NCBI GenBank assembly: GCA_963847625.1
Contig: CAWKAR010000040.1
Coordinates: 1-64,000 of the forward strand
Direction of reading: 5' to 3'
Source: a candidate division FCPU426 bacterium
GTDB lineage: Bacteria > Oederibacteriota > Muellerivitia > Muellerivitales > Muellerivitaceae
DNA: 64,000 nt
In this document: in pieces, positions 9,524 to 20,251 of the stretch
How positions within the stretch are numbered: position 1 is the first letter of the stretch
Layout of the letters: every line of letters begins with the position of its first letter
Program-made: the position numbers and the translations under genes
The notes under the pieces: model-generated
Database searches by the model: none
Told to the model about the DNA's origin: nothing
What the model saw: the letters and a program-made list of their open reading frames with translations, nothing else

Positions 9524-11302
9524 TCATTTATCGATCACTAAATCGCAAACAGGCTCCTGGATATTGTGAAGGTTGATCCAGTTTTTCACGTACTGATCGT
9601 AATGGGGGCTCCTCACCCGATACAGCCACCAATCCTCCGGGCTGTTTCCGCTGTATCCGTTAAAGGTCTTGATGCCCCTGGCCGCCGAGATGAGCATGGC
9701 GTCCACTTGGATGTCGGTGGCATTATAAGGAATTCCCGGCGCCACGGTGACGTAGAAGAGCTTACAGGAAGCCGGAAGTTTCTCGCTGAGATATTCCAGC
9801 CGGTTTAGTTCCAGCGGTTTGTCCATGGCGGGGGCAGGCGGCATATTCACTTGTTCAAAAACCGCGATAAATGCCCAAAGGAAAATCCCGGACGTCAAAA
9901 AATATTTGATCCAAGTTTTCCGGGCCGTCCAGGCCCTTTGAAGGGCCGTTTGCCAAGCCCAGGCCAGGACCGCCGAAACGGGAAGCGTTACAAATACGAT
10001 GTAACGGGAAACTCCCCGAATGCTCCCCCCGCCCGGCACCCACTTGAACACGAACCACCAGGGGGACAATCCGCCCCCATAATCCAAACCGATCAGACAA
10101 AAGAGGGTCGAGGCCAGAATAGCCAAAAGTCCGAGAAGAAATAAAACCTTGTTTCCTTCCATGGCCTTCCTGTATTCAGGATGCGACCTTTTTTTTTGTT
10201 TGATAAATTTCCAAAGAATTCCTGCCGCCCAAACAGTAATGGAAACCCAAGCCGCGAGGATGGCCAAACCCAATCCCAACCTTTCTCCCTCTTCCACGGC
10301 GAAGGTTTGGATGGACGGGCATTTATCCCAAAGCCATCCCCACCAAGCATGACGCGGCCCCATCCAGAGAAAGCTGATCCATGTGGGTAAGTACATTCGG
10401 ACCTCGCTGTAATCCTTCCCGCCCATTTCACTTAATATTGGAAAATAAATCCAAACAAAGGGAATGAGGCTGATTCCGAAAACCAGGCCAGCGCCCAAGA
10501 TAGCCTTTTGGAACCGCCGGAAAAGGGCGGTCAAAAAATTCCGGCTGGGGCCTAAAACCATCGCTAAGAGAAGAAATAAAACCGCCCAAAAACAGAAAAA
10601 CCAGGCCAGGTAAAAACAAGTCAGAATCTGGAGCGATAAAGCGAGGCCCGACACTGAAAGCAGGAGAAATACACGAGATTGGCTCAGGGTTTGTCCTTTC
10701 CGGATAAAAACCACCAGGGCCCAGGAGACTATAACCAAACCGCAAAGGAACTGCATTTGGGACTCGCTGATTTGGTTGAACTTGGGGGCGTTGAAAGCAG
10801 CCAGGAAGGCCCCGAGCGAGGAAGCCGTCGTACCCAAGCCCAAACCCCTGCGGAGCATCCCAAAAAAAAGAAGATAATTCAAAAGGTTGAAAACCAGGAC
10901 GCAAATCTGGAAACAAGTGAAGATGTCCAGATGTAAGCTCCTGAGCCACAGGTAAAGAAACCCATGGGCCATGAAGGCTTCCGAATAGCCCCGGGTTCTC
11001 TGGGCCGGATAATAAAAGGCGGGTGAGAGGAAGTCCCCTACCCCGTGGAAGGACTGGTTCATGTATTCCAAAAGGGCCATGACCAGCCGGTTGTCCCCGC
11101 GTCCTCCTGGAACGAGGTTGAATCGGGTGAGGAACTCGGTGTCATGGAAATGCCAGATACCCAATGCGCCCAGGATCAGGAACCCCAGCCAGGATGAGGT
11201 TTTCAGGAGTGCCGGCCAACTCTTTGGATGTGCCGGAACTTTGGGGATAAAGTTTTTCCCGGTGCCCAGATGCACCGGGGTTGGATACCTTTTCGCGATC
11301 AA
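9524..11302 (-). CDS. Polytopic membrane protein, probable GT-C fold glycosyltransferase (YfhO-like)
   Basis: About 12 hydrophobic segments; GDNRL in the first external loop, FYYP...GYSE, PGGGSIRGVSR, TFNGYSG near the C-terminus; TTG start overlaps the xylG stop. Confidence 0.6.
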   Translation of the reverse strand: MIAKRYPTPVHLGTGKNFIPKVPAHPKSWPALLKTSSWLGFLILGALGIWHFHDTEFLTRFNLVPGGRGDNRLVMALLEYMNQSFHGVGDFLSPAFYYPAQRTRGYSEAFMAHGFLYLWLRSLHLDIFTCFQICVLVFNLLNYLLFFGMLRRGLGLGTTASSLGAFLAAFNAPKFNQISESQMQFLCGLVIVSWALVVFIRKGQTLSQSRVFLLLSVSGLALSLQILTCFYLAWFFCFWAVLFLLLAMVLGPSRNFLTALFRRFQKAILGAGLVFGISLIPFVWIYFPILSEMGGKDYSEVRMYLPTWISFLWMGPRHAWWGWLWDKCPSIQTFAVEEGERLGLGLAILAAWVSITVWAAGILWKFIKQKKRSHPEYRKAMEGNKVLFLLGLLAILASTLFCLIGLDYGGGLSPWWFVFKWVPGGGSIRGVSRYIVFVTLPVSAVLAWAWQTALQRAWTARKTWIKYFLTSGIFLWAFIAVFEQVNMPPAPAMDKPLELNRLEYLSEKLPASCKLFYVTVAPGIPYNATDIQVDAMLISAARGIKTFNGYSGNSPEDWWLYRVRSPHYDQYVKNWINLHNIQEPVCDLVIDK

Positions 11303-12816
11303 TTCGCTACCGCCGCTGCCATGACCTTGTCCGGCGATGCTTCTTCAGCCCCCAAGTTTGCGGTCACCCGGCCCCGGTTGAGTACCAAGACCCGGTGACT
11401 CAAACCTAATAGCTCGGGCAGATCAGAGGATACCAGGAGGATTCCCATTCCCCGGGCCGCGAGTTGACCCATCAGATCGTAAACCTCCGCTTTTGCGCCC
11501 ACGTCGATGCCCCGAGTCGGCTCGTCCAGCAATAATATCTTCGGGTTTGTCATCAGCCACTTGCCCAGAACTACCTTCTGCTGGTTACCGCCCGAAAGTT
11601 TGTTCGCCCAAACGGATAGGGCCGGAGCCTTGATGCGCAGGGACCTGGCTTGTTCCTCGGATTCGCTTTCCAAGGCATGTGCGTCCAGGAAACCGTTGCG
11701 GGTCAGCTTCCTCATGGAGGCCAGGACCAGATTCTCACTCACGGTGGATTCCAGCACCAGGCCGTATTTTTTGCGGTCCTCACTGACTAAGGCCAAGCCG
11801 GCTTGGATGGCCTCCCCCGGAGAAGCAAAGGAGGCCCTAGAGGCTCCCTGGACCTGGAGGGTGCCACGGGTTTTTCCACGGGCGGCGCCGAATATGGAGC
11901 TCAGCAGCGCCGTGCGCCCGGCGCCCATGAGGCCGGCCACACCCAGGATTTCACCGGCCCTTAATTTGAAGGAAACCCCTTCCACCACGAAACGGCCGGG
12001 ATTGGCCGGGTCCTCGACGCTGAAATCGTTGACCGCCAAGAGGATCTCCCCGGGTTTGGTCTCCGGCCGGGGATAAAGGTTTTTCACTTCCCGGCCCACC
12101 ATGGCGGCAATGATCGTGTCTCGGTCGAGCCGGGAGGAGGCGTTGGTTAGGATGGATTTTCCGTCCCTGAGGACGGTAACGCGGTCCGCGATCTGGCCAA
12201 CTTCCTCTAGCCGGTGGCTGATGTACACACAAGAAACGCCCTTATCCCGCAAGTGGCGTAAAAGGCCAAAGAGGCGCCGGACTTCCTCCTCTGGAAGCGC
12301 GGCCGTAGGCTCGTCCAGCACGAGAATCCGGGCGTTCTTGGAAAGAGCCTTGGCGATTTCCACAGACTGTTGTTGGCCCACCCCCATTTCCCGAATGGGC
12401 GTCTGGAGCCCGGCCTTGAGGCCCACCCGTTCTAGGGCTTGTTGCGCCTCTTCCTCGGCCCTCCTCCATTGAATGAAACCATGTCGAACCGGTTCCCTTC
12501 CCAATAAGAGATTCTCCGCCACGGATAGCTCGGGAACGAGGGCCAACTCCTGGGCGATCAGGGCAATGCCCCTATCCTCTGAGTCTTTGAGGGACTTGAA
12601 ATGGACGGGTTTCCCCTCCAGCACAACCTCGCCGCCATAGGTCCCGTAAGGGTGGTATCCGCAGAGAACTTTGATGAGGGTGCTTTTACCCGCCCCGTTT
12701 TCCCCGCATAGGGCGTGGATCTCGCCCGGCTCAAGATCAAAGGAAACCCCGTCCAAGGCCCTTACGCCGGGAAAATCTTTGGTGATGCTTTTTAATTCAA
12801 GAAGAGGCACTCTCAA
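11299..12816 (-). CDS. xylG: Monosaccharide (xylose-type) ABC transporter ATP-binding protein with two ABC domains
   Basis: GENGAGKST, LVLDEPT, YISHRL, GLMGAGRT, EDRKKYGL, LSGGNQQKV, LDEPTRGIDVGAK. Confidence 0.92.
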   Translation of the reverse strand: MRVPLLELKSITKDFPGVRALDGVSFDLEPGEIHALCGENGAGKSTLIKVLCGYHPYGTYGGEVVLEGKPVHFKSLKDSEDRGIALIAQELALVPELSVAENLLLGREPVRHGFIQWRRAEEEAQQALERVGLKAGLQTPIREMGVGQQQSVEIAKALSKNARILVLDEPTAALPEEEVRRLFGLLRHLRDKGVSCVYISHRLEEVGQIADRVTVLRDGKSILTNASSRLDRDTIIAAMVGREVKNLYPRPETKPGEILLAVNDFSVEDPANPGRFVVEGVSFKLRAGEILGVAGLMGAGRTALLSSIFGAARGKTRGTLQVQGASRASFASPGEAIQAGLALVSEDRKKYGLVLESTVSENLVLASMRKLTRNGFLDAHALESESEEQARSLRIKAPALSVWANKLSGGNQQKVVLGKWLMTNPKILLLDEPTRGIDVGAKAEVYDLMGQLAARGMGILLVSSDLPELLGLSHRVLVLNRGRVTANLGAEEASPDKVMAAAVAN

Positions 12817-12922
12817 TCACCTGATACTTAAAGAGTCACAACCGCCAGGAGAAGTTCTAATATGAGTTGGCCCATGGCAAAGAATTATTCCGCCTTTTAC
12901 ATCCATCTTCTAAACCGAAACA

Positions 12923-13930
12923 TCAAGGTTTATAAACCTCTTCTTTTTTCTGGTACCCGTCCGCGATGACGGTCGTATCCAAGTTGCTTTTATCCACCTG
13001 AATGGGCGTGAGCAGAATGCTGGGCACATCCTTGAGGCCGTTGTTAATGGTCGAGGTTTTGTCCGTCAGGGGTTGTTTTTTCGCCATAGCCACCGCGATT
13101 TCCGCGGCCTTGGTTGCCAGTTGTTTGATAGGCTTATAAACGGTCATGCTCTGGGTACCCTTCACGATCCTCTGGCAGGCCGCCAAGTCCGCGTCCTGGC
13201 CGGAGACCAGCACCTTCCCCGCCAGGTTCTGCTCGGCCAGGGCCTGGACCGCGCCCCCGGCCGTGCCGTCGTTGGAGACCACCACCGCATCCACCTGGTT
13301 GTTGTTCTTGGTAAGGGCGTTTTCCATGATCTTCAAGGCCTCGACGGGAAGCCAATCGCTGGCCCATTGGTCCGCTACCACGCGGATATCCTTCCGGGCG
13401 ATAAAGGGTTTCAGGACGTTCATTTGGCCCTTGCGGAAAAGAACGGCGTTGTTGTCGGTAGGCGCGCCGCCGATGAGTACGTAATTACCTTTTGGCGTGC
13501 GTTGCGTCAGGTAACCCGCCTGGAGTTCACCCACCCGGATGTTGTCGAAGGAGATATAAAGGTCCAAGTCACAGTCATTAATGAGGCGGTCATAGGCCAG
13601 GACCGGTACCCCGGCCTTATGGGCGGATTGGACAATGGTGGCCGCGCTTTTCCCGTTATGGGGCACCACGACGAGCACGTTCACTCCCTGGGTCAAGAGG
13701 TTCTCGGCCTGGGAGTTTTGGAGGGCGTCATTGGAATTGGCCGCCTGGACCAGCACCTCGACTCCGAGTTCCTTCGCCCTGGCCACGAACAAGTCCCGGT
13801 CGTGCTGCCAGCGTTCCTCCTTCAAGGTATCCAATGAAAGACCGATCTTGATGCCGTTTCCGCCGTTCTTGGCGCATCCCGCCAGGATGAGGAGGGGCAA
13901 TGTTAAGGCCAATATGGATTTCCAAGACAT
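12923..13930 (-). CDS. xylF: D-xylose-type ABC transporter substrate-binding lipoprotein
   Basis: Lipobox LILAGC; LKEERWQHDRD, LAYDRLI, ISFDN, APTDNNA, SNDGTAGG, VSGQDADL, MTVYKP; GGAGG before ATG 13930. Confidence 0.9.
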   Translation of the reverse strand: MSWKSILALTLPLLILAGCAKNGGNGIKIGLSLDTLKEERWQHDRDLFVARAKELGVEVLVQAANSNDALQNSQAENLLTQGVNVLVVVPHNGKSAATIVQSAHKAGVPVLAYDRLINDCDLDLYISFDNIRVGELQAGYLTQRTPKGNYVLIGGAPTDNNAVLFRKGQMNVLKPFIARKDIRVVADQWASDWLPVEALKIMENALTKNNNQVDAVVVSNDGTAGGAVQALAEQNLAGKVLVSGQDADLAACQRIVKGTQSMTVYKPIKQLATKAAEIAVAMAKKQPLTDKTSTINNGLKDVPSILLTPIQVDKSNLDTTVIADGYQKKEEVYKP

Positions 13931-14016
13931 GGTTTCCTCCAAAACAATTTTTTAAATTCCGGTTAATTATAAGGCATGGACCGGCCATGAAAAAAAGGAA
14001 TCAACCTCCGTCAAAG

Positions 14017-14052
14017 AAAAAAGGCGTGAAATCCTCAGGATTCACGCCTTTT
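14017..14052 (-). terminator. Intrinsic terminator downstream of ahcY (possibly bidirectional)
   Basis: AAAAGGCGTGAA-N10-TTCACGCCTTTT hairpin flanked by A and T runs. Confidence 0.75.
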
Positions 14053-14161
14053 CAGTAACATGTCTTTTCAAATGACGAAAAAAAGGTTGGAGAACCAACC
14101 GTGATTGTACTTCTTCTATTCCCTATTCTTCGACAAAACCGCGTTTTTCACTCCGCGGAAA

Positions 14162-15418
<1,257 letters not shown>

Positions 15419-15556
15419 TCAGACACCCCTATTCGGTAATATTGGCATAATCTCGACTCATCCATTCACACGACCCTATGGGCAAGATCGCAGCCTTCAC
15501 AAAAGCCAAGCGGATAAACTTTTTCATTGATTTTCATATTGGTTGACAGCTAATGG

Positions 15557-16726
15557 TTATCGTAATTTGGCGGCTTTCCGAAGAGCCGGGGCTTTGTCAG
15601 TCCGCTCCCAAGTGAAGTCCTTGTCCTTGCGGCCGAAATGCCCATAAGCCGACGTCTTCTGGTAGATGGGCCGGCGCAAGTTAAGAGCTTTGATGATCGC
15701 TCTGGGCTTCAGGTCAAAGAATTTGCGGACAAGCTGGGTGATTTGTTCCTCGGGCAGACGGCCCGTTCCGAAGGTATTGACCAGGACGCTGGTGGGTTCC
15801 GCGACTCCGATGGCGTAGGAAAGCTGTACTTCGCACTGGTCAGCCAGGCCCGCCGCCACGATGTTCTTGGCCACCCAACGCGCGGCATAAGCCGCCGAAC
15901 GGTCGACTTTGGAAGGATCCTTGCCCGAGAAGGCACCACCGCCATGGCGGCCATAACCGCCATAAGTGTCCACGATGATCTTCCGGCCTGTTAAACCCGT
16001 GTCGCCCAAGGGGCCGCCAATCTCAAAACGGCCGGTGGGATTCACGAAAATCTTTGTTTTGGAATCGATCATCCGAGAGGGGATGACGGGGCGGATGACG
16101 TGACGAATGATATCCTGCCGCATTTTTCCCCGGTTCACGGGGGCGTGTTGGGCGGAAACCACCACCGCATCCACGCGCACCGGCTTTCCACCGATATATT
16201 CCACCGATACCTGGCTTTTTCCGTCCGGGCGGAGGTAGGGGATTTTCTTGGAGCGGCGGACTTGAGCCAATTTTTCCACCAGGCGATGGGCCAGCATGAT
16301 GGGCAATGGCATCAACTCCGGCGTTTCCCGGCAGGCGAAACCGAACATCATACCCTGGTCTCCCGCACCGCCGGTATCCACACCCATGGCGATATCCGAG
16401 GATTGGCGGTTGATGGCGACAGATACGCCCGCGGTGTCTGCGTCCAACCCCGCCTTGGCGTCGATATACCCGATCCTCCGGATGGTGTCGCGTATGACCT
16501 GGGGCCAGTTGACGTTGGCCTTGGTGGTGATTTCCCCAGCCACCACCACCCAGTTGCAGGTGAGGAGGGTTTCACAAGCGACCCTGCTATAGGGATCCTG
16601 GGCCAAACATGCATCCAAGATGCCGTCCGAGATGGCGTCCGCGACCTTATCCGGGTGCCCTTCAGTGACCGACTCCGAAGTGAAAAAAAATCTCTCCTTG
16701 CCCAGCGGGGATAGTTTACTCTTCAT
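15557..16726 (-). CDS. metK: S-adenosylmethionine synthetase
   Basis: [59 protein letters not shown]. Confidence 0.98.
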   Translation of the reverse strand: MKSKLSPLGKERFFFTSESVTEGHPDKVADAISDGILDACLAQDPYSRVACETLLTCNWVVVAGEITTKANVNWPQVIRDTIRRIGYIDAKAGLDADTAGVSVAINRQSSDIAMGVDTGGAGDQGMMFGFACRETPELMPLPIMLAHRLVEKLAQVRRSKKIPYLRPDGKSQVSVEYIGGKPVRVDAVVVSAQHAPVNRGKMRQDIIRHVIRPVIPSRMIDSKTKIFVNPTGRFEIGGPLGDTGLTGRKIIVDTYGGYGRHGGGAFSGKDPSKVDRSAAYAARWVAKNIVAAGLADQCEVQLSYAIGVAEPTSVLVNTFGTGRLPEEQITQLVRKFFDLKPRAIIKALNLRRPIYQKTSAYGHFGRKDKDFTWERTDKAPALRKAAKLR

Positions 16727-16825
16727 TCCAAATCTCCTTAATTTTTAAAAATCCGGCTTTCTAAACACGGCCAACCCTCTGAAATAAACGGCGGGATACC
16801 TCAAACGTTTATCCTTAATCCGCTA

Positions 16826-16861
16826 AACAAAAACCCTTGTCCCAACGGCTGGAACAAGGGC
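16826..16861 (-). terminator. Intrinsic terminator after the carbohydrate ABC operon
   Basis: Minus strand CCCTTGTTCCA-GCCGT-TGGGACAAGGG followed by TTTTTGTTT. Confidence 0.7.
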
Positions 16862-16884
16862 TTGGCTCATTTTCTTCCGGTGTT

Positions 16885-17826
16885 TTATTTCAAACCGGTC
16901 GTGGCGATTCCTTGGATGAAGTATCTCTGACCCACCAGGAACATCAACGCGATGGGGATCGAAATAATGAGGGAAGCCGCCATAAGCAAGTGATAATCCT
17001 GTCCGTAAAGGGAAACGAAATTAGTTAAGCCCAAAGCGAGTGTTTTTTTACTGTTGGAGTCCAGGAAGATCAAGGGATTCATGAAATCGTTCCAGTTATA
17101 AACGAACGAGAAAACCGCAACCGTAGTCAAAGCCGGTTTGCAAAGGGGCATCAGAATTCTCCACCAAACCCCCAAGTCAGTGCATCCGTCGATCTTGGCG
17201 GCGTCGTCCATTTCATAGGGGATCGTCATGAAAAACTGCCGTAACAGGAAGATATTCCAAGCCCCGCCTCCCAGGAAAGCCGGAACGACAAGTGGATAGA
17301 AAGTGTCATACCAACCCATACTCTTAAAAAGGATAAACGAGGGAATCATGGTGACCTGCCCCGGCACCATCAAGGTCGCCAGGCAAAGAATGAATAAAAA
17401 ATTCCGGCCCGGAAACCGCAGCCGGGCGAATGCAAAAGCCACCAATGACGAGGAAAAGGTCACTCCCACGCAGCTCAAAGTCGCGATGACAATAGTATTC
17501 CAACCATACGTCCAAAAAGTAACGCCTTGGATCTGGATGCCAAGGAAAGTCCACGTGTCGGAGGAATACATGCCGGAAATGTTCCAGGCTTTGGGGTAAT
17601 TCTCCAGGTGAAGGGGATTGGGGATCCAAACGGGGGGAACAGCGAACACTTCGGTGGCGCTCTTAAAGGAAGTGGAGATCATCCAAAAGATTGGGACCAG
17701 CATGGTCACGGCCCCCAACGCCAGGAGAATGGAAACGAGGATTTTCGCTATTCGTTCATTTTTCTTTTTGCTGGCCCAATGTTTGCCAGGTTTTGGAATC
17801 GCCGTAATATTTTCGCCCATTTTCAC
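16885..17826 (-). CDS. Carbohydrate ABC transporter permease (CUT1, MalG-type)
   Basis: AFARLRFPGR, FLLRQFF, EAA loop DDAAKIDG, WNDFMNP. Confidence 0.92.
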   Translation of the reverse strand: MKMGENITAIPKPGKHWASKKKNERIAKILVSILLALGAVTMLVPIFWMISTSFKSATEVFAVPPVWIPNPLHLENYPKAWNISGMYSSDTWTFLGIQIQGVTFWTYGWNTIVIATLSCVGVTFSSSLVAFAFARLRFPGRNFLFILCLATLMVPGQVTMIPSFILFKSMGWYDTFYPLVVPAFLGGGAWNIFLLRQFFMTIPYEMDDAAKIDGCTDLGVWWRILMPLCKPALTTVAVFSFVYNWNDFMNPLIFLDSNSKKTLALGLTNFVSLYGQDYHLLMAASLIISIPIALMFLVGQRYFIQGIATTGLK

Positions 17827-17830
17827 TTTC

Positions 17831-18742
17831 CTATTTGCGGAGTTCGCCTTCGTAGTAAACCCATTTGGAATATTTGAACTGCAGCCAAGTGGCTAGCATG
17901 ATTACGACAAAAAGAACCCATGCCAATGCCGACGCATAACCCATTTGGTAGTACTTGAAGGCTTTTTGGTAGATATATAGCACCATCACTAGGGTGGAAT
18001 CGGCCGGCCCCCCCAATCCGTCGGTCATGACATAAACCTGGTTGAAGATCTGGAAAGAACCCACGATGGTGATGATCAACTGGAAGAAAATAACTGGTGA
18101 CAACCCCGGGATCGTAACGGTCCAAAACTGCTGCCACTGGTTTGCCCCGTCGATTTCCGCCGCCTCATAAAGGGTGTTAGGAATACCCTGGAGTCCCGCC
18201 AGATAAATGATCATACCTCCGCCCACGTTCCAGAAGCTCATGATGACTAAGGCGGGTTTGCTCCAGGCCTCGCTTGCTAACCATTTAGGACACTCCGAGA
18301 TTGGAAGGCCTGACAGGGCCGAAATAGAGTAATTTAATAAACCCGAGTCCGCATTGAAAATCCACTTCCACAATACCGCCATTGCAACGCTGGTGGCCAT
18401 GACCGAGGGAAGGTAATAGATGGTCCGGTAAGCGGCAATTCCCTTAACTTTTTGATTCATTAAGAGGGCCACTATGATCGAAAGAACCATCCCGATAGGC
18501 ACAGAAAGGATGGTGAAATAAGCGGTGTTGTAGAGGGCCTTCCAAAAGCGGGCATCGTTAAAAAACATTTCTTTGTAATTATCGAGCCCTACGAATTGTA
18601 TTTTTGTCAGAATGTCCCATTTACAAAACGAAAGGAAAAAAGCCGCGAGAATAGGCCCCCCCATCAGGAACACCATCCAAATAAGAAATGGCGAGATGAA
18701 CAGGAAAGCGCTGATAGCTTCCTTGCGTTCAGCCGATGTCAT
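17831..18742 (-). CDS. Carbohydrate ABC transporter permease (CUT1, MalF-type)
   Basis: FVGLDNY, YRTIYYLP, IYLAGLQGIP..LYEAAEIDGA, MGYASA. Confidence 0.92.
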   Translation of the reverse strand: MTSAERKEAISAFLFISPFLIWMVFLMGGPILAAFFLSFCKWDILTKIQFVGLDNYKEMFFNDARFWKALYNTAYFTILSVPIGMVLSIIVALLMNQKVKGIAAYRTIYYLPSVMATSVAMAVLWKWIFNADSGLLNYSISALSGLPISECPKWLASEAWSKPALVIMSFWNVGGGMIIYLAGLQGIPNTLYEAAEIDGANQWQQFWTVTIPGLSPVIFFQLIITIVGSFQIFNQVYVMTDGLGGPADSTLVMVLYIYQKAFKYYQMGYASALAWVLFVVIMLATWLQFKYSKWVYYEGELRK

Positions 18743-18769
18743 TTTCAGTTTCCTCCGGGGTCCGCGGGG

Positions 18770-20062
18770 TTATTGCAATTGGGGCGGATTTTTTTCCAGC
18801 AAAGGTTTCAACTTATCCATGGCCTCAGCTGGAGTCTCCGTTTCGCTCCAAACCTTATCCAACTCCGGGCCAATCAGGCTGTCATGGACCTCAAACCAAT
18901 TTTTACACATGGTATTGTATTTTACGTATTTCATGGCCTCCAAGAGCATTTTCTTGTTTTGGGGATCCTTGCCGTCGAGGAAAATCGGAGAATTCGCCAC
19001 GTTTACGAGGGCCGGTTGGGCCAATCCCGTGGCAGCCAGTTTCTTCGCGCCTTCCTCACCCGAAATGTACTTGATCAGTTCCCAGGCTTCCTTCTTGTAT
19101 TTGGAAGTTTTCAGAATGCTGTAGCCCGAACCTCCGGTCATAAAGGCTCGGCCCTTGGGGCCCTTGGGAAACATAACCACATCCCACTTGAAATTCGCGA
19201 TCTCACGGAAACGGGGTGTTTTCCAAATCCCAGAAAGGAACATGGCTACAGTTCCGTTCTTGAACAAGTCGTCGGTTCCCATTCCCCCCATGGCCGAAAG
19301 GCTTGAAGGCGGAGGCATAACCTTGTATTTGTACATCAGTTCTGTTCGGAATTGGATTCCTTTAAGGCTGTCCGGGTCGGTGGCGAAAGTCCATTTGGTG
19401 GGATGCTTAACGCTGTCAGCGAAGCTACCTCCCGCGTCCAAGACCCATTCGTCCCACATCGGCCAGTCTTCCACGAAACCCCAACGGGTAACCTTGCCGC
19501 TGGCATCGATTTTCTCAACCTTTTTCCCGATCGCCACGAAATCATCCCAGGTCCATTCGTCGGTTGGATAAGCAACACCCGCCTCATCGAAGGCCTTCTT
19601 GTTGTAATAAATCACGCAAATGGGAGCCGTATCCCTGGGAATAACATACGCATGGTTTTCAACGGTAAAACGGTCGACGACCTCGGGGTAGTAACTTTGC
19701 AAATTCAAATGGTCAGCTTGGATATAAGGATCAAGCGGTTCCAAAGCCCCGCCTAAGTATAGATTAACGAAATTGTTAACTTCCACAAAGATCACATCCG
19801 GGGCGATGCCAGCCGCCACCTGGGTCAGGAGTTTCGTGACATATTCGCCAAAGGGAATATAAAGAAGATCCACATGGACGCCGGGATGGAGTTTTTCATA
19901 ATCCCCGATGAGATCCGTGAGGATCTTATTTTCTTCCGGGGTTCCCCAAGCGGAAATCTTAATGTTGACACCGCCAAGTTTCGTTCCGCAACCTGAAAGC
20001 CCCCAAGCGCTGATAATGGTAACGCAGGCTAAAGCCAAAAGAATAACACGAAGATGCTTCAT
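18770..20062 (-). CDS. Carbohydrate ABC transporter substrate-binding lipoprotein
   Basis: Lipobox LSGC; APDVIF, YYNKKAFDEAG, WTWDDF, FKNGTVAM, EAWELIKY. Confidence 0.9.
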   Translation of the reverse strand: MKHLRVILLALACVTIISAWGLSGCGTKLGGVNIKISAWGTPEENKILTDLIGDYEKLHPGVHVDLLYIPFGEYVTKLLTQVAAGIAPDVIFVEVNNFVNLYLGGALEPLDPYIQADHLNLQSYYPEVVDRFTVENHAYVIPRDTAPICVIYYNKKAFDEAGVAYPTDEWTWDDFVAIGKKVEKIDASGKVTRWGFVEDWPMWDEWVLDAGGSFADSVKHPTKWTFATDPDSLKGIQFRTELMYKYKVMPPPSSLSAMGGMGTDDLFKNGTVAMFLSGIWKTPRFREIANFKWDVVMFPKGPKGRAFMTGGSGYSILKTSKYKKEAWELIKYISGEEGAKKLAATGLAQPALVNVANSPIFLDGKDPQNKKMLLEAMKYVKYNTMCKNWFEVHDSLIGPELDKVWSETETPAEAMDKLKPLLEKNPPQLQ

Positions 20063-20251
20063 ACAAACCTCCCGGCAGTTTATGGAAAAAACTTAGTAAA
20101 GATGTAGTAAATGGCCCAAAACGTTTAACAGTATGTCATAGCCTAAAACGACCGTCAACGTGAAAAACCCGGTTTGATTTATCCCCTTGAATTTTTGTAA
20201 ACAGTCAATTCCTTCAGGTAAAATCACAAAACCCCATTCCAAAGGATATTT

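Noticed and set aside
15419..16884. SAM or SAH riboswitch upstream of metK or ahcY
   Set aside because: No recognisable consensus core in either leader; only a terminator hairpin.
16885..20062. Sugar ABC operon without an ATPase gene
   Set aside because: Common for CUT1 importers, which share a MsmX/MalK-type ATPase encoded elsewhere.
20100..20250. Possible LacI-type operator (AAACGTTT) between the ABC operon and bglX
   Set aside because: Palindrome too short and no regulator gene nearby.
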